Shown: one piece after another, positions 43,261 through 50,659 of the stretch
Numbering within the stretch: position 1 is the stretch's first letter
Layout: every line of letters starts with the position of its first letter
Source: Lentisphaeria bacterium
GTDB lineage: Bacteria > Verrucomicrobiota > Lentisphaeria > Victivallales > Victivallaceae
Length of the DNA stretch: 50,659 nt
Reading direction: 5' to 3'
NCBI GenBank assembly: GCA_017508015.1
Contig: JAFVZS010000070.1
Coordinates: forward strand, 1 to 50,659
The notes under the pieces: generated by a model
Database searches by the model: none
Told to the model about the DNA's origin: nothing
What the model saw: the letters and a program-made list of their open reading frames with translations, nothing else
Made by a program: the position numbers and the translations under genes

Positions 43261-44334
43261 TCACTTATCCAGCGGCAAACGCAGTTGGATAACGGATAAT
43301 TCTCCGGCGGGGGCCAACTGGGTTATCCCAGCTCCGGCCAGCCGGATCGCCCGGTCGCCGATGGCGGCTTTTTCGAACAATGCTACGGCATGCTTGCCGA
43401 TGACTGTACTGTTGTTGGTCGGAGTTTCCAGAGTGATCGAACGGGTGATCGTCTGGAAATCGGCAAATTTCAGTTTGATCGTCACGGCATGCCCGACCAA
43501 ACCTTTACGGATCGCCCGGCGGGAAACTTTACTGGCCAGATGGCGCAGCAATATGCGCAACTCGCGCATATCCCGGCAATCATAAGGCAGGGTGATCTCT
43601 TTGCTGATGGATTTCGGATCGCCTTCCAATTCCACAGCTCTTTCATCGACTCCCCGGACGATGCCGTAATAAAATGCTCCGGCTTTGCCGAACATGTTTT
43701 TCAATATGGATGGGGAAAGTTTTTTCAGGTCCCGGCCGCAACGCACATTGATCGTATGCAGTTTTTTTACGCCGATCCGGCCGATGCCGTGGAATTTTTC
43801 GATAGGCAGATCGTCGAGAAACGCCGGAGCATCCGCCGGGGTGATCAATGTCAGACCGGCCGGTTTCCGGTAATCTGAAGCAGTTTTAGCCAGAAATTTG
43901 TTGAAAGATACTCCGGCCGATGCCGTCAGACCGGTACGTTCCAGGATCGCCTTTTGCAGATTTTCTGCCAGAATTTGGGCCGCTTCGAGAGAATCACAGC
44001 ACCGGGAAACATCCAGATACGCTTCGTCGATGGAGATCGGTTCGATCAACGGCGTAAGTTTGAGAAACTCCTGCCGGATGATCCGGGATACCCGCTGGTA
44101 ACGGCGGTGGTCGGGATTGATGAATACCGCCTGCGGACAGAGGCGCAAAGCTGTGGCACTGGGCATGGCGGAGCGGACTCCGAATTTACGCGCTTCATAG
44201 GAACAGGTCGAAACCACTCCCCGCCGTTGCGGTGCGCCGCCGACGATCACCGGTTTGCCCCGCAATTCCGGGCGGTCACGCTGTTCAACTGAAGCAAAAA
44301 ATGCATCCATGTCGATGTGAATTATTTTTCGCAT
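43261..44334 (-). CDS. dinB: DNA polymerase IV (Y-family)
   Basis: MRKIIHIDMDAFFASVEQRD, SIDEAYLDV and GIG.....L motifs; 357 aa. Confidence 0.97.
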   Translation of the reverse strand: MRKIIHIDMDAFFASVEQRDRPELRGKPVIVGGAPQRRGVVSTCSYEARKFGVRSAMPSATALRLCPQAVFINPDHRRYQRVSRIIRQEFLKLTPLIEPISIDEAYLDVSRCCDSLEAAQILAENLQKAILERTGLTASAGVSFNKFLAKTASDYRKPAGLTLITPADAPAFLDDLPIEKFHGIGRIGVKKLHTINVRCGRDLKKLSPSILKNMFGKAGAFYYGIVRGVDERAVELEGDPKSISKEITLPYDCRDMRELRILLRHLASKVSRRAIRKGLVGHAVTIKLKFADFQTITRSITLETPTNNSTVIGKHAVALFEKAAIGDRAIRLAGAGITQLAPAGELSVIQLRLPLDK

Positions 44335-45680
44335 AATATATTATCCAGATAATGCAATGCACCGGTTAAATCGTCAAATTTGCCGGATAACTGTGCTTCA
44401 AAACAGGCATCCAGCAGCGGTTTGAAGTTTTTGCCCGGTCTCAGGCCTCTTTCGATCAGATGGCGGCCGTAAATCAACGGTCGCGGAGCGGAATCGGCGA
44501 TGGCCAGTTCGCAGCAGCGTTGACGGAAAAGTTCGATATTTTTCAATTGCCGTTCACAATTTTCCTGACTGCTGTCAATGCCGCGCACATCGGCTTCGGC
44601 GACTTTGGCCAGCAGTTGCGGATTGCCGGTTTGCAGTGCCAGTTTGCGGAAAGCTTTATCAGAGGCGTGGTTTTCGATCAGCTGCCACGGGTGCATGTGG
44701 TGCGATATCAGCGGCAGAACTTTTTCCGGCAGATCTTTGCGCTGCCAGATGGAGGTGATGAATTTTTCTGCCGGTTCCAGAAAGGTGTCGTGACCGCAAC
44801 TGGTTATCCGGCCGTCACTCTGTATGACCGTACAGGCCGGTTTGCCGAAATCATGGCAGAGTGCGGCCAGCATCAGCACCAGATCATCCGGTGAATCATC
44901 CCGCATTCCGGCGGCGGCATCCGTGACTTTTAGCGTATGATTCCAGACGCTGCCCTCCGGATGCCAGCGTGGGTCTTGCGGACAATCGGTCAATGCCGCC
45001 AGAGCCGGATAGAATTTCACCCACCGGCAAGCTTTTAAAAAATTCAAACCGTCTGAAATACGGACACCTTTGAGCAGCAGTTTTTCCCATTCTGAAGCCA
45101 ACCTTTCAGCAGGTAATTCATCTTGGGAAAGCGTCGAACAAAGTTCAACTGTTCCGGGATCGGCAGTAAGTTTGAAACGGGCGATAAACTGCATGCCGCG
45201 CAGCACCCGCAGGGGATCTTCAGTAAAGGCCGGGGAAACATGACGCAAAATCCGTTTTTTCAGATCATCCATCCCATGCCACGGGTCGATGATCTCCCCG
45301 GTCAGGGCATCTTGCATGATCGCATTGATGGTAAAATCCCGGCGTCCGGCGGCGGCGGCAAAGTCCAGTTCCGGGGTCACTTCCACAATGAATCCCCGAT
45401 GGCCGGAGCCGCTTTTGTTTTCTTTGCGCGGCAGGGCGATGTCAATATCGAAGTGTTTGACTTTCAAAACTCCGAAACTCATGCCCACGGCATCGGTTTC
45501 GCAGATGTTCTGCAGAATTTTCTGCAGTTTATCCGCATGCAAACCGTAGATTTCCAGATCGAAATCCTTGACCGGGATACCGAGAAGTGTATCCCGGACA
45601 CAGCCGCCGACCAGCATTGCCCTGCCGCCGGCTTGTTTAACGGCCCGGGCGATCTCATGAACTTTATCGATTGCAGTCAT
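44322..45680 (-). CDS. cca: CCA-adding tRNA nucleotidyltransferase with an HD domain
   Basis: GGCVRDTLLG..VKDFDLE, RRDFTINA, and an HD motif (AALCHDFGK). 13-nt overlap with the dinB start. Confidence 0.92.
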   Translation of the reverse strand: MTAIDKVHEIARAVKQAGGRAMLVGGCVRDTLLGIPVKDFDLEIYGLHADKLQKILQNICETDAVGMSFGVLKVKHFDIDIALPRKENKSGSGHRGFIVEVTPELDFAAAAGRRDFTINAIMQDALTGEIIDPWHGMDDLKKRILRHVSPAFTEDPLRVLRGMQFIARFKLTADPGTVELCSTLSQDELPAERLASEWEKLLLKGVRISDGLNFLKACRWVKFYPALAALTDCPQDPRWHPEGSVWNHTLKVTDAAAGMRDDSPDDLVLMLAALCHDFGKPACTVIQSDGRITSCGHDTFLEPAEKFITSIWQRKDLPEKVLPLISHHMHPWQLIENHASDKAFRKLALQTGNPQLLAKVAEADVRGIDSSQENCERQLKNIELFRQRCCELAIADSAPRPLIYGRHLIERGLRPGKNFKPLLDACFEAQLSGKFDDLTGALHYLDNILCEK

Positions 45681-45835
45681 TATTCATCCTTGATTACCTG
45701 CGGTTAATATAGCGGTGCGCAATAAAATATTCAAGAGATGATAAAATAATATTTTTCAATGGAATGTATTTGAAATATACAAAATAAAGTAGTATTGTAT
45801 AACGTAATATTTACCGGAAAGGAAATTTTTCTCAA

Positions 45836-46540
45836 ATGAAACGATTTTTATATTCAATTGTGCTGTCGGCGGTCGTTTTTCTGACCGGTTCCGCCGCTGA
45901 ATCGGGACATGCCGCCGCAGAAAAAGCTGCCGCCGAAAAACTGGCCGCCGAAAAAGCCGCCGCCGAAAAACTGGCCGCCGAAAAAGCCGCCGCAGAAAAA
46001 CTGGCCGCCGAAAAAGCCGCCGCAGAAAAGGCGGTCATCGCAGCTGTGACCGGGCACCGGAGTGCATTGTTGAGTACAGATTTCAAGGCATTGCTTGCTC
46101 ACTGCTCTTCTGATTACCGGGAAACTGACGGCAATAGCCGCAGCCGCAGTTATGAGGAACTGGAAAAACTGGCCGGATATTTTCAATTGATGCAAAGTTC
46201 TGACGATCTGGAAGTGGTCATGGAAAATGCTCTGCTGCTTCAGGGCAGTTCCATGAGTGATTTCCAGCGGCAGCAGATCATTTCCGAAAAAAACAGTGCG
46301 CGCGGCAAGGAGCTTCTGACCATGCTTCGCACCAATTTCGCCAAACTGGCGGCTCAGGGACGGGAATTGGCCGCCCATATCCGGGTTTCTGCGGTGCGGA
46401 TAAATGGCGACCGGGCCACCGCAGTGTTGTATCTGACCGATCCGCTTTCCCGTAATACTTACCGCTGCGATTATCAACTGGTGAAACATGATGGCAAATG
46501 GCTGGTCAGCAGTACTGAAGTTAAAGGAACAGGCAAATGA
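45836..46540 (+). CDS. secreted NTF2-like (SnoaL/DUF4440-like) protein, paralog 1, with an AAEKAAAEKL repeat linker
   Basis: Signal peptide followed by the repeat linker. It shares a motif set with the next three genes (DF.ALL..C..DY...DG, SDDLEVV, QRQQI, DGKWLV). Confidence 0.82.
   Translation: MKRFLYSIVLSAVVFLTGSAAESGHAAAEKAAAEKLAAEKAAAEKLAAEKAAAEKLAAEKAAAEKAVIAAVTGHRSALLSTDFKALLAHCSSDYRETDGNSRSRSYEELEKLAGYFQLMQSSDDLEVVMENALLLQGSSMSDFQRQQIISEKNSARGKELLTMLRTNFAKLAAQGRELAAHIRVSAVRINGDRATAVLYLTDPLSRNTYRCDYQLVKHDGKWLVSSTEVKGTGK
45911..46033 (+). repeat. in-frame 30-bp tandem repeat (~4 units) encoding (AAEKAAAEKL)n
   Basis: GCCGCCGAAAAACTGGCCGCCGAAAAAGCC is repeated with single-base variants. 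Confidence 0.9.
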
Positions 46541-47127
46541 TGAAAAAATGTTTTATTCTGCTGGCGGCGATCGTTACCGCATTTGCCGTGTCAGCTTCTG
46601 AATCTTCTCAAATCATCAATACACTCATCGAATACCGTTTGACGATATTTGCATTTGATTTCGAAAAGGCATTGAAATATTGCACTGATGATTATGTGGA
46701 GTATGCTCCGGATGGTTCCCGGAAAACCGCTGAAAACCTCCGGCAGATGATGCTGACCTACCGGATGATGGAAAACAGCGATGATCTGGAGGTAGTGCTG
46801 GCATGTGCCATGAGATTGCAGGGTGCTGTTATGAGTGAGGCCCAGCGGCAGCAGATCCGGGCAATCAAGGGAACTCCGAAAGGAGCGCAAGCGTTGGCGG
46901 CGGTCAAACAGCAGTTGAATGCAATAAAAAATCAGATGTCATCCATGCGGGAGGCATTGATCAAAATGATGACGATCCGGGATGTGAAAATTTCCGGAAA
47001 TCAGGCCACCGCCATTCAGGAGGTCACTGAACCGGGAAGCGGCAAAAAATACATTACGCACTATAAGCTGCGGAAAGTCAACCGGCAATGGCTGATCTGT
47101 GAATTGCGTCAGGAGGATCCGGCATGA
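46537..47127 (+). CDS. secreted NTF2-like protein, paralog 2
   Basis: ATGA overlap with paralog 1 and a signal peptide. It carries the motifs FDFEKALKYCTDDY, SDDLEVV, QRQQI and NRQWLI. Confidence 0.82.
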   Translation: MMKKCFILLAAIVTAFAVSASESSQIINTLIEYRLTIFAFDFEKALKYCTDDYVEYAPDGSRKTAENLRQMMLTYRMMENSDDLEVVLACAMRLQGAVMSEAQRQQIRAIKGTPKGAQALAAVKQQLNAIKNQMSSMREALIKMMTIRDVKISGNQATAIQEVTEPGSGKKYITHYKLRKVNRQWLICELRQEDPA

Positions 47128-47708
47128 AAAAGTTTCTGATTTGTTTACTGATTTTTTGCGGAGTGCTGATGCTGGCCGCCAACGATGAAACGGCCGTTGC
47201 AGAGGCGGTGAAAGATTTCAGAGTGGCGCAGTTGACCTTTGACTTCAATAAACTTCTGCAGTTGTGTTCTCCGGAATATGTGCAGGTTAATGTCGATGGT
47301 TCCCAAAGAAGTTACGCCGATTTACAGCGCATGGCACAGGCGATGGCCAATATTGAGGGAAGTGACGATCTGGAAGTGATCGTTGAAAATTACTGGGCGA
47401 TCAGCGGCCGCACTCTGAATGATGAACAGCGGGAACTTATCCGGCAGGCAAAAGATACTGAATTCGGCAGAAATCTGGCCGCTGAATATAAAGGCGCGAT
47501 CATTGCGGTCAAAGCCTCTTATGCCCGGGTCGCCGACGGTCGGGATAACTGGAGCGTGACGGTGACACTCAACGGCGATGAAGCCGAAGCCGTTTTGAGT
47601 GTGCCGGCGACTTCCGGCGGTTCAGTTTACCGGACAAAATACAAGATGAAAAAAGTTGACGGCAAATGGCTGGTCGTCAGAAATGAACATTTGGGAGCGG
47701 GGCGATGA
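47124..47708 (+). CDS. secreted NTF2-like protein, paralog 3
   Basis: ATGA overlap and a signal peptide. It carries the motifs FDFNKLLQLCSPEY, SDDLEVI, EQRELI and DGKWLV. Confidence 0.82.
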   Translation: MKKFLICLLIFCGVLMLAANDETAVAEAVKDFRVAQLTFDFNKLLQLCSPEYVQVNVDGSQRSYADLQRMAQAMANIEGSDDLEVIVENYWAISGRTLNDEQRELIRQAKDTEFGRNLAAEYKGAIIAVKASYARVADGRDNWSVTVTLNGDEAEAVLSVPATSGGSVYRTKYKMKKVDGKWLVVRNEHLGAGR

Positions 47709-48352
47709 TAAAAAAATTGTGGATGTCACTTGCGGTGTGCTGTGCCGCATTGTTCCTTTGTGCCGGAGAAAACACTCCGGCGGAGTCTGCTGATGAAACG
47801 GCGGTAAAAGAGGTGGTGTTGCAATTTCATCGCTGTCTGCGGGAATTTGATATCGCCGGAGCAATGGCATTCATTCAGATTCCGGATTATGAGTATACAG
47901 ATGCCGACGGCAGCAAAACCGGAGCAGAAGAGTTGCAGGAGGATATGGCGCAACTGGCGGATATGGGCAGGGTTTTGAGCATCACTGCCAGAAGCGAAGC
48001 GACACTTCTGGAACTGGTCGCCGCCGTATTTGCCATGAATTCCGATGAGTTGGATAGCGAAACCAGAGCGTTGATTTCGGAAGTAGCGGATACCGATGGC
48101 GGCAGAAAACTGGCCGATGAATCCCGCCGCACCTTGAGCGATATGCTTACCGAATATCAGAATCAAATGGATGAAAAAATCCGCAGTTACCGGGGCGTTT
48201 CGGTGGCGGTAGATGGCAATAAGGCACAGTTGGTCTACACGATCCGACAGAGCGATGAGACGATCGAGCGGATCACTGCCGAATTGGTCAAAGGCAGTGA
48301 CGGCAGGTGGAAGATCGTGAAACAGCGTGCCGCCGGTGTGGATGCCGAATAA
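47705..48352 (+). CDS. secreted NTF2-like protein, paralog 4 (most divergent)
   Basis: ATGA overlap and a signal peptide. It keeps the same N-terminal helix (ETAVKEVVLQFHRCLREFD) and a C-terminal DGRWKIV. Confidence 0.78.
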   Translation: MIKKLWMSLAVCCAALFLCAGENTPAESADETAVKEVVLQFHRCLREFDIAGAMAFIQIPDYEYTDADGSKTGAEELQEDMAQLADMGRVLSITARSEATLLELVAAVFAMNSDELDSETRALISEVADTDGGRKLADESRRTLSDMLTEYQNQMDEKIRSYRGVSVAVDGNKAQLVYTIRQSDETIERITAELVKGSDGRWKIVKQRAAGVDAE

Positions 48353-48366
48353 GTTGGGTGACAGCT

Positions 48367-49152
48367 TTACCTTAAGGCACTGCGGCGGCATTCGCCGGGA
48401 GTGATCGCGGTGTTTTTCCGGAAGAATCTGGAAAAGTCTGAGGCGTTATCAAATCCGCATTGCGAAGCGATTTCTTTGATGGAAAGATTGGTGGAACAGA
48501 GCAGATTTCTGGCCTTTTTTATCCGGCAGAAATTGACGAAGCGGTGAGGGGGCATGCCGGTTGCCGCAGTAAAGATCCGGTTCCAGTGCCGCAAGGTGAA
48601 TCCGGCGGCTTTGGCGCAAGCGGCGAAATCCCGTTTTTTTTCCGGTTCTTTATTGATGGCGAAAAGCAGTTCGTCCAGATGACAGGAGCGGGCGGCGGGA
48701 TTTTTTTCGGCTTGCAGATTTTCTTCGAGCAAGGCGGCGAATTCCTCTATGCAAAGAATGATGCGGGGGCGGTGCAGAATTTCCCCGGCGGCAAAAAGTT
48801 GCTGCAACTCGTTGAGTTTATCCAGAAAAGGGGCATGGTCGCGGACGAATATCAGACGGCTTCGGGCGGTGGCATCAAAGGCGGCAAAGAGTCGGTCGGC
48901 CCGTTTGCCGGTACATTCAAGGTAAAAGTTGTCCCGGTATTTTCCGGCGGGGGATCGCCAGCCGGAATAGGTGTGGATGTGTTTGGGCGTGAGGTAGATC
49001 AGCGGCCGGGATTCTGGCTGATCATTGAGCAGCAGAGTGCCGCGGATAAGTCCGATATAGTGACAGCGGGTGAATATGGTGGCAGGTTCCGCATTGCCGT
49101 ACATCCGGACATTGATGACATTGAGCAACTGAAAATCGTCGAAGTAACCCAT
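48367..49152 (-). CDS. AraC family transcriptional regulator
   Basis: The C-terminal double HTH is RHWNRIFTAATGMPPHRFVNFCRIKKARNLL.STNLSIKEIASQCGFDNASDFSRFFRK. ATG 49152 has an AAGGAG SD, so it is preferred over the track start 49185. Confidence 0.92.
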   Translation of the reverse strand: MGYFDDFQLLNVINVRMYGNAEPATIFTRCHYIGLIRGTLLLNDQPESRPLIYLTPKHIHTYSGWRSPAGKYRDNFYLECTGKRADRLFAAFDATARSRLIFVRDHAPFLDKLNELQQLFAAGEILHRPRIILCIEEFAALLEENLQAEKNPAARSCHLDELLFAINKEPEKKRDFAACAKAAGFTLRHWNRIFTAATGMPPHRFVNFCRIKKARNLLCSTNLSIKEIASQCGFDNASDFSRFFRKNTAITPGECRRSALR

Positions 49153-49223
49153 AAATTTTCTCCTTGATGTCCAAAAGTGCCGCAAGATGTCCTTTTTTGC
49201 ATATTTATTTTTGAATCAAGCGG

Positions 49224-49232
49224 TGATATAAT
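49224..49232 (+). promoter_or_regulatory. extended -10 promoter element (TGaTATAAT) for the 49276 gene
   Basis: TG at 49224-49225 and TATAAT at 49227-49232. The -35 is weak. The element lies in the divergent region shared with the AraC gene. Confidence 0.45.
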
Positions 49233-49275
49233 ATAGCATATACGGTAAAAAATCCAATAACAAAGGAGAAAAATC

Positions 49276-50391
49276 ATGTTGGAAATTACCAATTTACGTG
49301 ACGGCGCGGTGTTGAACCGTCATCATGGCGTGGAAAGTGAAGATGGTTTGGAGATCACTGTTGAGGGTTTGGCCTCATCGCAGGCGGAGGTTACAGTCAA
49401 TGGCGTGAAAGCTGTAAAAGCTGACCGTAATTTTTCTGCCAAGGTGAAGCTGACGGAAAAGATCAATAAAATCACCGTGGAAGCCAGTGATTATTTCGGT
49501 GTGAGAAGTCAGGTGCTCACAGTCGGATGGGATAAAAAATCCACGCGCAGATACAGCTTTTTTATCGACGATTGTGTGTTTTTTCTGCGCTGGATCGCCA
49601 GAGAGCGGCCGCAGTCGATCTTTGATGAGAGAAATTTTCTCGGCCGCTTGAAAGATATTCACGATAAATATGGAACCAAATTTCTGTTGAATCTCTTTTG
49701 CCGGGATGATCACCACAAAGATTTCACACTGCATGATATGCCGGAGGATTACAAATCTGAATTTCAGGCGAACAGCGACTGGCTGAAAATGTCGTTTCAT
49801 GCCGACGGTGAATTTCCCGACCGCCCTTATCAGCACGATAACGGCACGAAAATGGCGGCGGATTATGATGAAATTTATCATGAAGTCTGCCGTTTCGCCG
49901 GAGCGGAAAGTTTCATGCCGCCGATGGTTTTCCACTGGGCGATAACCAATCCTGAAAACTTTCATGTGCTTCAGGAGCGCGGCACGAAGTGTCTTGCCGG
50001 CGGATATATCGGCAGCATTGCCCGTATCGGCGAGAAACATGCTCACGAAGTGACGGATATAGGTTATCACTATGAGAAAGATGTGGCGTATTATATCCGC
50101 AGCAAGCACATTTTCTATGACCGGTTCTTTGATATTTTTCTGCTGAATAATGTTTGCTGCTGCAATTATGATGATATTGAGGTATTGCAGAAAAAGTTTG
50201 CGGAGATCGAAGAAGATCGGGATACGCTCTCGCTGATGACGCATGAGCAGTACAGCTTTCCGGAGTATTTCAACTACATTCCGAACCATCTTGAGCGGAT
50301 CGAAGAGGCGTGCCGTTTGGCCACGGAGAAGGGTTTTGAACCGTGCTGGTTCTCACGCGGTTTGCTGGGTAACGAGAGTTGGGATAAGTGA
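49276..50391 (+). CDS. hypothetical protein (Ig-like N-terminal domain + uncharacterised catalytic-looking domain)
   Basis: 371 aa with an AAAGGAG SD and protein-like composition. It is divergent from the AraC regulator. The antisense ORF 49375-50289 is rejected. Confidence 0.85.
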   Translation: MLEITNLRDGAVLNRHHGVESEDGLEITVEGLASSQAEVTVNGVKAVKADRNFSAKVKLTEKINKITVEASDYFGVRSQVLTVGWDKKSTRRYSFFIDDCVFFLRWIARERPQSIFDERNFLGRLKDIHDKYGTKFLLNLFCRDDHHKDFTLHDMPEDYKSEFQANSDWLKMSFHADGEFPDRPYQHDNGTKMAADYDEIYHEVCRFAGAESFMPPMVFHWAITNPENFHVLQERGTKCLAGGYIGSIARIGEKHAHEVTDIGYHYEKDVAYYIRSKHIFYDRFFDIFLLNNVCCCNYDDIEVLQKKFAEIEEDRDTLSLMTHEQYSFPEYFNYIPNHLERIEEACRLATEKGFEPCWFSRGLLGNESWDK

Positions 50392-50417
50392 AAAAGGCAC
50401 ATACCGGTTTTCTCATA

Positions 50418-50460
50418 GTAAACGCACACACTTCTCAAAAAGAGTGTGCGTTTACTTTTA
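50418..50460 (+). terminator. rho-independent terminator
   Basis: Perfect 12-bp stem: GTAAACGCACAC (50418-50429) pairs with GTGTGCGTTTAC (50444-50455). It is followed by TTTTA. Confidence 0.75.
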
Positions 50461-50505
50461 CAATCGACAATCGATAAAAAAAGTCAAAAAAAATGTTTTC
50501 CCGGC

Positions 50506-50533
50506 TTGAAAAATTTCAAAACGGGGCTATATT
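50506..50533 (+). promoter_or_regulatory. sigma70-type promoter of tRNA-Leu
   Basis: TTGAAA (50506-50511), 16-nt spacer, TATATT (50528-50533), ~40 nt upstream of the tRNA 5' end. Confidence 0.6.
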
Positions 50534-50573
50534 AAATGACACGATCAGATAAAACTGATCCGGGTTGATTGTT

Positions 50574-50658
50574 GCCGACGTGGCGGAATTGGCAGACGCG
50601 CACGGTTCAGGTCCGTGTGCCGCAAGGCTTAAGGGTTCGACTCCCTTCGTCGGTACCA
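50574..50658 (+). tRNA. tRNA-Leu, anticodon CAG, with encoded CCA
   Basis: Cloverleaf by eye. The acceptor GCCGACG pairs with CGTCGGT. The D-arm GTGGCGGAATTGGCAGACGCGC is as in E. coli tRNA-Leu. The anticodon stem-loop is CACGG-TTCAGGT-CCGTG. It has a long variable arm, T-arm AAGGG-TTCGACT-CCCTT, discriminator A and CCA. Confidence 0.96.
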
Positions 50659-50659
50659 T

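Noticed and set aside
45854-48391. Minus-strand ORFs 45854-46489 and 47726-48391
   Set aside because: They are antisense to the NTF2-like paralogs. The plus-strand genes show signal peptides, shared motifs and ATGA coupling, and the minus ORFs have none of these.
49375-50289. 304-aa minus-strand ORF
   Set aside because: It is antisense to the 49276-50391 gene, which has a strong SD, a terminator and protein-like composition. The minus translation is Ile/Arg/Phe-rich.

Overview
This window is about 50.7 kb of gene-dense bacterial chromosome with moderate GC content. I call about 45 CDS and one complete tRNA-Leu(CAG). I saw no rRNA, CRISPR array, transposase, phage gene or recognisable defence gene. 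An H-X9-DG/DUF1559-type prepilin-like gene next to carbohydrate-type genes suggests a PVC-group organism, Lentisphaerota- or Verrucomicrobiota-like; this is inference only.

Layout, left to right:
- 242-598: a self-contained small zinc-ribbon gene with its own promoter and terminator.
- 609-1003: a four-unit tandem array of ~100-bp hairpin repeats that runs into the 3' end of hrpB.
- 971-4386, minus strand: the xer-hrpB pair.
- 4455-5312: a secreted SH3b protein.
- 5428-15901: a tightly packed 7-gene operon. It encodes three SPFH/band-7 proteins, a His/Cys-rich P1B metal ATPase, an ABC ATPase, an ABC-2 permease and an orphan 535-aa protein.
- 16048-21633: a CNNM/CorC transporter, rpe, hisI, a MurB-Ddl fusion with a transmembrane tail, and a GcvT-like protein.
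- 21906-32295: an ordinary housekeeping block (prs-rplY-pth-rpsF-ssb-rpsR-rplI-dnaB-bamA-mazG) followed by a GT39-like membrane protein.
- 32440-37036: a Gfo/Idh/MocA oxidoreductase, a BASS-like transporter, a ceramidase-like hydrolase and mrp.
- 37123-43257: a LacI locus with two near-identical palindromic operators. It controls a hypothetical protein, a prepilin-like protein and a 976-aa secreted CBM9-like protein.
- 43261-45680, minus strand: dinB and cca.
- 45836-48352: four translationally coupled paralogs of a secreted NTF2-like protein.
- 48367-50658: a divergent AraC pair, then tRNA-Leu.

Most interesting observations:
- A hairpin repeat family is shared between the 609-1003 array and the 5' end of the prepilin-like gene, which carries two in-frame leader modules.
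- The SPFH x3 / metal ATPase / ABC operon combines families I do not know to be co-operonic.
- The four-gene NTF2-like paralog array has no obvious function.
- The MurB-Ddl fusion carries a two-helix membrane tail and lies outside any dcw cluster.

All functional calls come from motif recognition by eye. No database search was run.
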